Positions 8,472 to 16,384 are shown, counted from the stretch's first letter. The stretch is DNA of 34,240 nt from Acidimicrobiales bacterium (GCA_050743525.1 JBOGFV010000022.1:1-34240); one strand, 5' to 3'. Made by a program: numbers and translations. Notes: a model not told the origin generated them from the sequence alone.

Positions 8472-9781
8472 TCCGGTTGCCCGAGCAGGGCGACATCCTG
8501 TCGATGTCCCGGGTCGGCTCGGCCTTGACCGTGGGGCGCCGGCTCCAGCAGGGCGGACAGGGCGTCGTCCACGAGTCCTTCGTCGGCGACGGCGTCTTCG
8601 CAATGAAGTGGCTCCGGGTGTCGGACCGCACCGCGGCGCTCCGTGCCTCGATCGAGGCGCTCGTCGACCGTCCCCGCCCCAATCCCGCCTTTGTCTGGCC
8701 CATCGACATCGTGACGAGCGCCGAGCTGGAGGGGTTCGGCTACGTCATGCGGCTGCTGGAGCCCCGCTACGTGTCGTTCGCCCGGATGCTCCAGGACCAG
8801 CCGACCTTTCGCAGCCTGACGACGGTGGCCCGCAAGTTGGTCGATTCGTTCGCCGCCCTCCACTCCTCGGGTCTCTGCTACCGGGACATCAGCTTCAACA
8901 ATCTCTACGTGGACCCGATCCGCTCGGAGGTCGCCGTCATCGACAACGACAACGTCGGCCTCGACGGGGGCGACGTCTTCGTCAAGGGCACCAACCAATT
9001 CATGGCACCCGAGGTGGTGCGGGACGAGGCCTTGCCCTCGACCGTGACCGATCTGTGGTCGCTCGCCGTCTTCCTCTTCATCCTGTTCGTGCGGGGCCAT
9101 CCCCTGGAAGGCCTGAGGGCGGTCTCCAGCTACTCGTGGGCCCAGACCGACCACGCCTCCGAGCACGAGCTGCTGCTTCGCAACTTCGGCTTCGGGCCTG
9201 TCTTCGTGTTCGACCCCGACGACGACTCGAACCGACCGTCACCCGAGAGCCCGATGCTCATCTATTGGCCCATCTACCCGCAGTTCTTCCGGGATCTCAT
9301 GACCCGGTCGTTCACCGTCGGGCTCACCGACGCCTCGCTGTCGGGCCGTCCGACCGGGAGCGTGTGGCGCCGGGCACTGCTTCGACTCTCCGACATGCAC
9401 GCCACCTGCAGGTGCAACGCCGCGATCTTCTTCGACCCCGACGAGCCGGGCCGGCCGTGCTGGCGGTGCGGCAACGTCCCGCCGCCTCAGCCCATCCTCC
9501 GGTTGCCCGGACGGAGCCTGGTGCTCTCGGAGGGGAGCACGGTGAGCTCCGACCACCTGCGCCGCGACCGCGCGTACGACCAAGCCGTGGCGGTGGTCGA
9601 AGCCCACCCGAGCGAGCCCGGCGCAGTGGTCCTCCGGAACCTCGGTCCTTCCACGTGGTCTGCCCGCCCGGTTGCCGAGTCCGAGCGTGCGGTCGCCCCG
9701 AGCCAGAGGCTGGGGGTGCGGCCGATGGGAATCGATTTCGGGTCGGTCGCGGGCGAGATCGCGCTCAGCGAGCTCGCCTGA
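8468..9781 (+). CDS. Ser/Thr protein kinase (triad type) with C-terminal Cys4 zinc-ribbon-like motif and beta-rich tail
   Basis: The track ORF starts at 8081 inside the PP2C gene. I prefer the in-frame GTG at 8468, which overlaps the PP2C stop (GTGA). Kinase motifs: LQQGGQGVVHES (Gly loop), VFAMKWL (Lys), LCYRDISFNNLYV (catalytic loop), AVIDNDNVG (DFG equivalent), GTNQFMAPEV (APE). The tail carries CRCN...CWRCGN. Confidence 0.8.
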   Translation: MIRLPEQGDILSMSRVGSALTVGRRLQQGGQGVVHESFVGDGVFAMKWLRVSDRTAALRASIEALVDRPRPNPAFVWPIDIVTSAELEGFGYVMRLLEPRYVSFARMLQDQPTFRSLTTVARKLVDSFAALHSSGLCYRDISFNNLYVDPIRSEVAVIDNDNVGLDGGDVFVKGTNQFMAPEVVRDEALPSTVTDLWSLAVFLFILFVRGHPLEGLRAVSSYSWAQTDHASEHELLLRNFGFGPVFVFDPDDDSNRPSPESPMLIYWPIYPQFFRDLMTRSFTVGLTDASLSGRPTGSVWRRALLRLSDMHATCRCNAAIFFDPDEPGRPCWRCGNVPPPQPILRLPGRSLVLSEGSTVSSDHLRRDRAYDQAVAVVEAHPSEPGAVVLRNLGPSTWSARPVAESERAVAPSQRLGVRPMGIDFGSVAGEIALSELA

Positions 9782-9863
9782 CGCAATTGTTCGGTCACCC
9801 GTCCTGGAGCCGGTTCGGTCTTCGGCCCATTGCGCGGGCCGGTCGGCTCGTGGCCAGTTCCGG

Positions 9864-10229
9864 CTAGACCGGGTCGAGGACCTCGGCGAGTCGCTCGGGC
9901 GGGCGGGCGATCACCGCCCGGTTACCTCGCACGACGACCGGCCGCTCCATCAGCTCGGGATGGGCGAGAAGGAGATCGATCACCTCGCCGGCGGTCCTGT
10001 AGCCGGCCGGATCGAGGTCGAGTTCCTTGAAGCGCGGGTCGCCACGGCGGACCAAATCCGCCACCGGCCCCACGAGCTTGCCGGCGATGTCCTCGAGCTC
10101 GATACGAGTAAGCGGGGTCACGAGATACTCGACGACGCGTGCGTCGATGGCGCGCTCGCCCAGGATGCCGAGCGCCCCCCGGCTCTTCGAGCAGCTCGGG
10201 TTGTGGAAGATCGTGACGTCGTCGGTCAT
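9864..10229 (-). CDS. arsC: Arsenate reductase, glutaredoxin-type ArsC family
   Basis: MTDDVTIFHNPSCSKSRGALGIL...HPELMERPVVV lines up with the R773/E. coli ArsC pattern (YHNPxCxxSR ... INRPIVV). I prefer the ATG at 10229, which gives about 121 aa, over the track start at 10274. Confidence 0.8.
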   Translation of the reverse strand: MTDDVTIFHNPSCSKSRGALGILGERAIDARVVEYLVTPLTRIELEDIAGKLVGPVADLVRRGDPRFKELDLDPAGYRTAGEVIDLLLAHPELMERPVVVRGNRAVIARPPERLAEVLDPV

Positions 10230-10406
10230 CGCATTGACCGTATCGGACGTGGCTTCGGCCGAGCGCGCGTTCACCCCGGACGACGGTCCCGAGACGATCG
10301 ACGCCAGCCGTCGTCGGACGATCTGTCCGGAAGGGAGCCAGGTCGGCCTCGACCTCGCGTTGCTTGGCCGGGTTGCGTCGACCCCCGCTGGAACAGGCCG
10401 TCGCGC

Positions 10407-10940
10407 TCAGGCGGATTGTTCGGTCGGGGGTTCGTGGCCCAGGAGCTTCGCCTCGAGGGTCTCGATGTAGTCGTCCATGACCCTGAGCTGGGGCGACGAG
10501 GTGTTCGACGTCGTGGGCGACCTCGCGGTTGTTGGTCGACGTAATCGGCGAACCCCCGTTCCATGCTGGACGTGCTGTTCCAGGGTTTCGATGTGCTGCT
10601 CGATCGACATGGATGCCCGGGTGGCGCGGGAGCGGCGCGGCCGTGTGGGACGAGGTCACGGTGAACATCCGGATCGGCTGCATCGCTCCGTCGATGACGG
10701 TCCGCCGCTCATGGGAGATGCCCCGAGGCCGGGCCGATCTCGAGCACTCGGCGCCCCGCGAGATCCAGGCCACCCAGGTTCGCGGCCTCGTGGCCACGCA
10801 GATCCCAGAACGCACCCGCCCAGTCCATGTTCGGGAATGTCGATGGCGGCAGAAGGGGCAGTCCGCGACATCGTCGACGTGTCGAGGCGTCGCGTAGAGT
10901 CCCGGGGGTCGACCATGGGGCGACGCTCACCGGTCGCCAT
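10407..10940 (-). pseudogene. Probable decayed class I SAM-dependent methyltransferase gene with multiple frame changes
   Basis: Protein-like, GC3-rich pieces occur in different minus-strand frames. In order they are: MATGERRPMVDPRDST..SAAIDIPEHG; MDWAGAFWDLRGHEAANLGGLDLAGRRVLEIGPASGHLP-stop (10828..10709, SAM motif I VLEIGPASG); SHERRTVIDGAMQPIRMFTVTS..; MSIEQHIETLEQHVQH; ERGFADYVDQQ; NNREVAHDVEHLVAPAQ; VMDDYIETLEAKLLGHEPPTEQSA-stop at 10407. The boundaries are approximate. Confidence 0.3.
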
Positions 10941-11011
10941 GGCGACGTCGGTGCCCGCTGTGCCTCGATGGGAGAACGCGACGGGCTGATCGAACGGGGA
11001 AAGTCGCACAC

Positions 11012-12121
11012 ATGCCGAGGACCTACGAGCTGCGGGTCGACCTCGGCGCCACCCTGGCCGAGCAGCCCCTCAGCGGACACAACCGCTGGCATCCCGGCAT
11101 CGAGGCGTTGGTCCACATCGCCTCCGGGGACCGCGTCGTGCTCCAGATGCGCGACGCGCTCGACCTGCAATTCGGTCGGCACGCCAGCTTGGCCTCGGTG
11201 GCCACGGTCGACCTGAACCTCGTCCACCCGCTCACCGGGCCGGTGTACGTCGACGAGGCCGAGCCGGGCGACCTGCTCGAGGTCCGGATCCTCGACCTCG
11301 AGCCCGACACCTACGGCTTCAGCGCTCAGATCCCCGGGTTCGGGTTCCTGCGGGACCACTTCCCGGATCCCTTCCTCGTGCAGTGGACGATCACGGACGG
11401 GTACGCGACATCGCCACAGATCCCCGGCCTCGCCATCCCCGGCGCGCCGTTCCCAGGGATCGTGGGCCTGGCCCCGAGCCATGAGCTCCTCGGGGCCATC
11501 GTCCGCCGGGAGCGGGCCGACGCCGAGCGCGGCGGCATGGTCGTCGAGCCCGATCCGGCGGGCGCCGTGCCGAGCGATCAGCGGATCGCGACCGAGGCGC
11601 TCCGCACCATTGCGCCGCACGAGGTCGGAGGGAACATCGACATCAAGCAGCTCACCGCCGGCTCGACGCTGTTTCTGCCGGTGTCCGTGCCGGGGGCCCT
11701 GCTCTCGGCCGGCGACGGCCACTTCGCGCAGGGCGACGGCGAGGTGTGCGGGACTGCCATCGAGATGAGCGGCACCCTCCATCTCGAGCTGCACCTCCAC
11801 AAGGGGAGAGCGATCCAGCGGGGGATCACGACGCTCCAGTTCTCCTCCGACCGCCCGACCGGGCCGCCTGCGGGCCCGTACTTCGCCACCACGGGGCTGT
11901 CGGTGAGCGCGGCGGGAGAGAGCCGCGCCGAGGACCTCGGGCTGTCGGCCGAGAACGCGCTGCTGGCCATGATCGAGCACCTGGGGGCCGAGTACGGCTA
12001 CTCGGCCCAGCAGGCCTACGCGATCTGCAGCGTCGCCGTCGACCTCAAGGTCAGCCAGGTCGTCGACGTCCCCAACTTCATCGTCTCGGCCGTCCTGCCG
12101 CTCTCGATCTTCGTCGGCTAG
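11012..12121 (+). CDS. Acetamidase/formamidase family amidohydrolase
   Basis: 369 aa. Diagnostic stretches: HNRWHPGIEALVHIASGD, LTGPVYVDEAEPGDLLEVRILDLEP, GFSAQIPGFGFLRDHFPDPF, GGNIDIKQLTAGSTLFLPV, AGDGHFAQGDGEVCGTAIE. These are typical of FmdA/AmdA enzymes. Confidence 0.85.
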   Translation: MPRTYELRVDLGATLAEQPLSGHNRWHPGIEALVHIASGDRVVLQMRDALDLQFGRHASLASVATVDLNLVHPLTGPVYVDEAEPGDLLEVRILDLEPDTYGFSAQIPGFGFLRDHFPDPFLVQWTITDGYATSPQIPGLAIPGAPFPGIVGLAPSHELLGAIVRRERADAERGGMVVEPDPAGAVPSDQRIATEALRTIAPHEVGGNIDIKQLTAGSTLFLPVSVPGALLSAGDGHFAQGDGEVCGTAIEMSGTLHLELHLHKGRAIQRGITTLQFSSDRPTGPPAGPYFATTGLSVSAAGESRAEDLGLSAENALLAMIEHLGAEYGYSAQQAYAICSVAVDLKVSQVVDVPNFIVSAVLPLSIFVG

Positions 12122-13263
12122 TCGAGGAACTCCTCGCTCCCGAGCTGGAGGCAGGTGAGGAAGACCCGCTCGGCCATCAGCGCGACCAGTTCTCGGCCGC
12201 GCTCATTGGCAGGGTCCATCGAGCCGCCCGCGACGACTGGGTACACGGCCATGCCGAGCACCGCCCGTCGGTATTGGGACCACGCCTCCTCGAAGGGATA
12301 GCCGTCAATCCCCGCAGGCGACCCACCCTCGAGCGACGCGGCCACCCGGTAATACCAGCCCTGGACCAGCGCCTGCTCCTGGGCCCGGCGGGTGTCGACG
12401 GAGAGCGACTGGCTGAGGAGGTAGGCGACGTCCGAGATCGCCGGACCCTTGTAGCTGATCTGCCAGTCGAGGACGGCGACCCGGTCGGGTCCGGCGTCGT
12501 CGAACAGCAGGTTGTCGATCCGGTAGTCGCCGTGGCAGATGGTGGTGGGGGCCATCTTGAGGAGCGACACGGTGAGGTCCCCCCAGACCTCCTTGATGCG
12601 GGCCCCGAGGTCGACCGCTCCGTCGGGGAGCGCCTCGCCGAACAGGGCGACGAAGTTGTCCCAGGCCTGCCGGAATTGCTCGCCGGCCGACAGCACGAGC
12701 GGCTCGTCCATCCTCGGCATCCAGTCGAGCGCGTCGAGGCCGGCGCCGTCCCACCAGGCGGCGTGCAGGCTGGCCAGGGCGCCCAGGGCCTGGGCGGCCC
12801 GGTCGGGCCCGGCCCCCGCCACCTGGCTGATGCTGGTCCACCCGCCCAGGTCCTCGAGCAGGAGGCCGTACTCGTCGGCATCGGGGTCGATGTGGTTCCA
12901 GTAGCAGCGCGGGGTGCGCATGGAGAGCTTCTCGCCGATCTCCCGGTAGAAGCGACCCTCCCGCTCATAGAAGTGGAAGTAGTTCCCGATGGCTCGGTTC
13001 TCGGGGAACTCGGAGGGGATCTTGAGCACCACGTTCCCCGGAGCGCCAGGGGCCTCGCCCGCATAGCGGAGGCTGAGCCGGGCCAGCTGGCCGACGATCC
13101 CGACCCCGACCCCGATCTGCTCGTGCTCGATCTCGGCGACGCTCGTGTCGCCACCGATCACCCCTCCCGATCGGAGTGCTTCGGTGAGGAACTCGACCGT
13201 CGTGTCCTCGGTCCGGCTCGGGATGGCGGTCATCCGGCCCCCCTGCGCTGGTGGCCGATCCAA
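12118..13263 (-). CDS. Phosphotransferase enzyme family protein (APH / ecdysteroid-kinase-like fold)
   Basis: Catalytic-loop region TTICHGDYRIDNLLFDD and VAVLDWQISYKGPAISDVAYLL. Length 381 aa. The start could instead be the internal ATG at 13233 (MTAIPSR). Confidence 0.8.
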   Translation of the reverse strand: MDRPPAQGGRMTAIPSRTEDTTVEFLTEALRSGGVIGGDTSVAEIEHEQIGVGVGIVGQLARLSLRYAGEAPGAPGNVVLKIPSEFPENRAIGNYFHFYEREGRFYREIGEKLSMRTPRCYWNHIDPDADEYGLLLEDLGGWTSISQVAGAGPDRAAQALGALASLHAAWWDGAGLDALDWMPRMDEPLVLSAGEQFRQAWDNFVALFGEALPDGAVDLGARIKEVWGDLTVSLLKMAPTTICHGDYRIDNLLFDDAGPDRVAVLDWQISYKGPAISDVAYLLSQSLSVDTRRAQEQALVQGWYYRVAASLEGGSPAGIDGYPFEEAWSQYRRAVLGMAVYPVVAGGSMDPANERGRELVALMAERVFLTCLQLGSEEFLD

Positions 13264-13389
13264 GCCCAGGAGCGCGGCGCGCTGGCGTCGTGCTCCGATG
13301 CGACGTGGCCGGATGGCCCCACTCTGGCAAGGTCAGCCACGAGCCCCCCGGGGCGCTCCGGGGACCGTGGTGGCCGGCGGGACTGCCCT

Positions 13390-13427
13390 GTTCTCGACAG
13401 AGAACGCTACCGCCCGAAAGGGGGCGG
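13390..13427 (-). terminator. Two adjacent hairpins downstream of the VOC gene (candidate intrinsic terminator, or an operator for the APH-like gene)
   Basis: A perfect palindrome GTTCTC-GACA-GAGAAC lies at 13390..13405. It is followed by CCGCCC-GAAAG-GGGCGG at about 13410..13427. On the minus strand both lie 15-55 nt after the stop at 13443. There is no clear U-tract. Confidence 0.3.
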
Positions 13428-13442
13428 CGAAGGTGGCGGCAG

Positions 13443-14048
13443 TCAGACGTGGGGCGACATGAACGCGATCGGCACCGTCGAACCGGCGGCGCGGTCGAGG
13501 GTGGCGATCCGGCGCCCCTCCTGCACGGCCTCCTTGGCCGGACGGAGTTTGGCGCCGAGGAAGGCGGCGGTGGCGCCGAGATCGAGGACGCTGAAGGCCA
13601 ACCCGTACAAGCGGGCCGGCCCCGGCCGGGGCTGTTCGAGCGGACCGACCACCTCGGCGATGGTCTCGCCCAACCAGAAGAATGCCTGAGCCGTCGGGCG
13701 CTCCGGGGTGCCGGTGTCGCGGGTTCGTCGGAGCTCGAGCCCGCAAGCCTCGAAGACCTCGATCGTGTGACGCAGGTCGGGGGTGGCGATCACGATGTGA
13801 TCGAGCCCGGTCACGCCGTTCGGGTGAGCGGGCGTCGGCTCGGCCGCAGGAGGGTTGCCGGCCGCCACCGGGAGCTCGCGCAGATCCTCGGCGCCCCGGA
13901 GCGACCACTCCCGGATTCCGTTGCCGGCCCCGCTTAGGAGGTGGCGGATCCCGCTCACCCATGCGGCGTCCGCTTCGATCACGAAACCGAGGTCCGCCCA
14001 CAGCCCCGGGGGGTCGCCGAGGGTCAAGGACGCGATCTCGGGCGGCAT
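13443..14048 (-). CDS. Glyoxalase-like / VOC superfamily protein
   Basis: 201 aa. GVTGLDHIVIATPDLRHTIEVFEACGLELRR and LYGLAFSVLDL are typical of VOC beta-alpha-beta-beta-beta modules. Confidence 0.75.
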   Translation of the reverse strand: MPPEIASLTLGDPPGLWADLGFVIEADAAWVSGIRHLLSGAGNGIREWSLRGAEDLRELPVAAGNPPAAEPTPAHPNGVTGLDHIVIATPDLRHTIEVFEACGLELRRTRDTGTPERPTAQAFFWLGETIAEVVGPLEQPRPGPARLYGLAFSVLDLGATAAFLGAKLRPAKEAVQEGRRIATLDRAAGSTVPIAFMSPHV

Positions 14049-14098
14049 GCTCGCACGCTACCGGCGGGTGGTCGGCAGCCCGGGGCCAAGCTCTGGAC

Positions 14099-14584
14099 AT
14101 GGAGATCCGAGAAGCGACCGACGCCGACTGCCCCGGCATCTGGCGGTTCCTCCGCCCGATCGTCGATGCCGGCGAGACCTACTGCTACGCCCCCGACCTC
14201 GCCGAGCCCGACGCGCGGGTGCGCTGGATAATGGCGTCGCCGGGCACCACCGTGGTGGCGGTCGAGGGCGGCCCGGTGCCCGGGAGCGCCACGGCCTGCC
14301 CGAACCAGGGGGGCGGGGGCACTCACGTGGCCGGCGCAAGCTTCATGGTCGACCCGGACGCCTCCGGCCGCGCCGTCGGCCGGGCCCTCGGTCTGCACAT
14401 CTTGGAATGGGCCCGCTCAGCCGGGCTCCGGTCGATGCAGTTCAATGCTGTCGTCGAGACGAATACCAGCGCCGTCGCCCTGTGGCGCTCGCTCGGCTTC
14501 GAGGTCCTGGCCACGGTCCCCGAGGCCTTCGCCAACCCCCGGGCCGGGCTGGCCGGGCTGTCCGTCATGCACCGGCGTTTGTGA
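14099..14584 (+). CDS. GNAT family N-acetyltransferase
   Basis: The real gene starts at ATG 14099 (MEIREATDADCPGIW) within the longer track ORF 13682..14584. The acetyl-CoA binding region is DPDASGRAVGRALGLHILEWARSAGLRSMQFNAVVETNTSAVALWRSLGFEV. Confidence 0.8.
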   Translation: MEIREATDADCPGIWRFLRPIVDAGETYCYAPDLAEPDARVRWIMASPGTTVVAVEGGPVPGSATACPNQGGGGTHVAGASFMVDPDASGRAVGRALGLHILEWARSAGLRSMQFNAVVETNTSAVALWRSLGFEVLATVPEAFANPRAGLAGLSVMHRRL

Positions 14585-15463
14585 GCCCTGCCCCGGGGAC
14601 CTCTGACCGTCGGGGCGGATCCCGCCGGTGCCGAGGAAGGATCCGACCAGCACCAACGGGATCCCGAACGCGAGCCCGACCGTGAAGTGCTCGTGCAAGA
14701 GGACGATCCCGAGCACCACCGCGACCGCGGGGTTGATGTAGGTGATCACCGTGGCTCGAGCTGGGCCCACCTCTGCGATCAGCGCGAAGTAGAGGATGAA
14801 CGCCGTAGCGGTGCAAAGGACGACCAGGAGGATGACGGAGCTGATCTCCTCCGGCGAGACCCGGCTGGGGAGGTGGGTAAGCCCGAAAGGCGCGTAGCCG
14901 ATGCCGCTCAACAGGAGCGAGGCGCCGACCACCGAGACCGACGGAACCTGGTTCAGGTGCCGATCCACGATGAAGGGCCCGACGGCATAGCAGACGGCCA
15001 CCCCCACCACTTCGGCGACGGCCCAAGCGTCGGGGCCCTGCACGTCGATCCCGACGATGACGGCCACCCCGGCGAAACCGACGGCGAGGCCGACCAGGCG
15101 GCTCCGGCCGAGCGGGCCCTCGTGCCGGGTGGCCCACGAGAAGACAACCGCCACGAGCGGGACCGTCGCGATCAGCAGGCCCGAGAGCGAGCTGGTCAGG
15201 CGCTGTTCAGCCCTCGAGAGCAGGAGCCATGGGATGGCGACCTCGATCACGGTGTAGACGATGAGCGGCACCCAGCGCCGCCGCATCGCGGCGAGCGACT
15301 CCCGTCCGAGGATGAAGGGCAGGAAGGCGATTCCGGCGGGGGCGGTCCGGAAGAAGACGAGGGTCGGGGGCGAGAAGTCCCGGACCGCGATCCGGATCAA
15401 GAGGTAGGGAACGCCCCAGATGACGCTGAGTGCAGCGAACAACACCCAACCGCGCCTGGACAT
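14417..15463 (-). CDS. EamA/DMT-superfamily transporter (10 TM)
   Basis: I prefer the ATG at 15463 (MSRRGWVLFAALSVIWGVPYLLIRIAV). There are two EamA repeats. The last roughly 55 codons are a low-complexity read-through tail antisense to the GNAT gene. Confidence 0.8.
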   Translation of the reverse strand: MSRRGWVLFAALSVIWGVPYLLIRIAVRDFSPPTLVFFRTAPAGIAFLPFILGRESLAAMRRRWVPLIVYTVIEVAIPWLLLSRAEQRLTSSLSGLLIATVPLVAVVFSWATRHEGPLGRSRLVGLAVGFAGVAVIVGIDVQGPDAWAVAEVVGVAVCYAVGPFIVDRHLNQVPSVSVVGASLLLSGIGYAPFGLTHLPSRVSPEEISSVILLVVLCTATAFILYFALIAEVGPARATVITYINPAVAVVLGIVLLHEHFTVGLAFGIPLVLVGSFLGTGGIRPDGQRSPGQGSQTPVHDGQPGQPGPGVGEGLGDRGQDLEAERAPQGDGAGIRLDDSIELHRPEPG

Positions 15464-15746
15464 CCGCTCAACGATAGGGGAGCCGACTCGCTGGGTCGGC
15501 TCGTCGGCCGTCAAGCGACCGTCCACATCGTGACCCGTCGCGACCGATCGCGATCACTTGACCGGCCAGTCGGATCACTGCAGGTCGGACAGCCCGGGGA
15601 TATATTGCGGCCGTCCGTCGAGATTTGGCCCGGCGACGAGAAGGGGGAGGCGGAAGCGAAGGTGGACGAGCACGTGCATGAGGTCTGTCCCGCACGTTGC
15701 TAATCGACGTCCGTCCGAAGTCGGTTCCGCTGACCGCACGATCAAG

Positions 15747-15780
15747 AGAAGGAAGGGAGCCACGAGGCGCCCTTCCTTCT
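15747..15780. repeat. Perfect 11-bp inverted repeat (stem-loop) in a long divergent intergenic region
   Basis: AGAAGGAAGGG (15747..15757), a 12-nt loop, then CCCTTCCTTCT (15770..15780). It lies in the 5' region of the secreted-protein gene that starts at 15804/15882. Confidence 0.6.
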
Positions 15781-15803
15781 CATAGTGCCCGAGATGACCG
15801 CTC

Positions 15804-16301
15804 GTGAGATCGCAACGCCCAGCCTTCGATGTGATTCAGCGCCGGAAGGCTCCTGGGTTCGCCTCCCATCGGTGCACCCCGATGGCAATGTGCTTGACCC
15901 TGATCCTCATGGGCTCGTTCTACGTGTGTCTTCCCCAGAGCGCGACCGCCGCTGCGACCCTGCCGAGGGTCATCGCATGTCCCGGCGTCATCAAGCCGGC
16001 GTTGAAACCCTCGACATTCATCCTCGCCTGCGCAGACGCGAACCAGTACGTGGCCCATATCAGATGGGCCTCGTGGACAGCCACCTCGGCCCGGGGATAC
16101 GGGACGCTCAAGACGAACCAGTGCGCCCCTGACTGCGCCGCCGGGCAGTTCGTCGCCGCGCCGACGACGATTGTCCTCTCGAGGCCCGTCCGGACGTCGA
16201 AAGGGGTGCTCTTCTCGTTGGTGACGGTCCCGGGGGCCATCTCGGCAGGAGGGAGCGCGCCGGCCCGCCGGCTCGTCTTCCCCAAGTCGCGGAGCCGGTA
16301 G
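15804..16301 (+). CDS. Small exported protein of unknown function (Cys-containing beta-rich domain)
   Basis: Hydrophobic signal-like segment MAMCLTLILMGSFYVCLPQSATAAA (alternative start 15882). The mature part reads PSTFILACADANQYVAHIRWASWTATSARGYGTLKTNQCAPDCAAGQFVAAPTTIVLSRP. This pattern recurs in uncharacterised actinobacterial secreted proteins. Confidence 0.6.
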   Translation: MRSQRPAFDVIQRRKAPGFASHRCTPMAMCLTLILMGSFYVCLPQSATAAATLPRVIACPGVIKPALKPSTFILACADANQYVAHIRWASWTATSARGYGTLKTNQCAPDCAAGQFVAAPTTIVLSRPVRTSKGVLFSLVTVPGAISAGGSAPARRLVFPKSRSR

Positions 16302-16384
16302 CGATCACGCCCGACCGTTCGGCCGAGCCGTCTCGTCAAGTCGATTCGGCCCATTCGACCGTCACCTGGTCCAACGGCGGATCG

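Noticed and set aside
7954-9867. 637-aa plus-strand ORF and sibling ORFs (7881..8603 -, 7987..8709 -, 8201..9166 -)
   Set aside because: These are alternative frames or strands of the PP2C and kinase genes. They are extremely Arg/Pro-rich and have no domain signatures.
10407-10610. 67-aa ORF as a stand-alone small gene with an internal IETLE duplication
   Set aside because: The middle third (GTGVRRLRRPTTARSPTTSNTSSPQLR) has poor third-position GC and Arg-rich junk. Better coding signal sits in the other two frames, so I treat it as part of a decayed gene.
10829-11980. Upstream 384 codons of the 423-aa minus-strand ORF 10709..11980
   Set aside because: It is antisense to the formamidase gene and the sequence is junk-like. 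Only the last 40 codons (10709..10828), which lie outside the formamidase gene, look like a genuine methyltransferase fragment.
11746-13689. 647-aa plus-strand ORF
   Set aside because: It spans and is antisense to the APH-like phosphotransferase gene, and it overlaps the end of the formamidase gene in another frame. It has no motifs.
15690-15745. Possible c-di-AMP (ydaO-type) riboswitch because of GCUAAUC and CCGAAG..GCUGACC strings upstream of a secreted-protein gene
   Set aside because: The conserved blocks are only about 10 nt apart instead of being separated by the two large pseudo-symmetric arms. The GGGGA/GGGUGAAUC elements are absent in the right order. The evidence is insufficient without a covariance-model scan.
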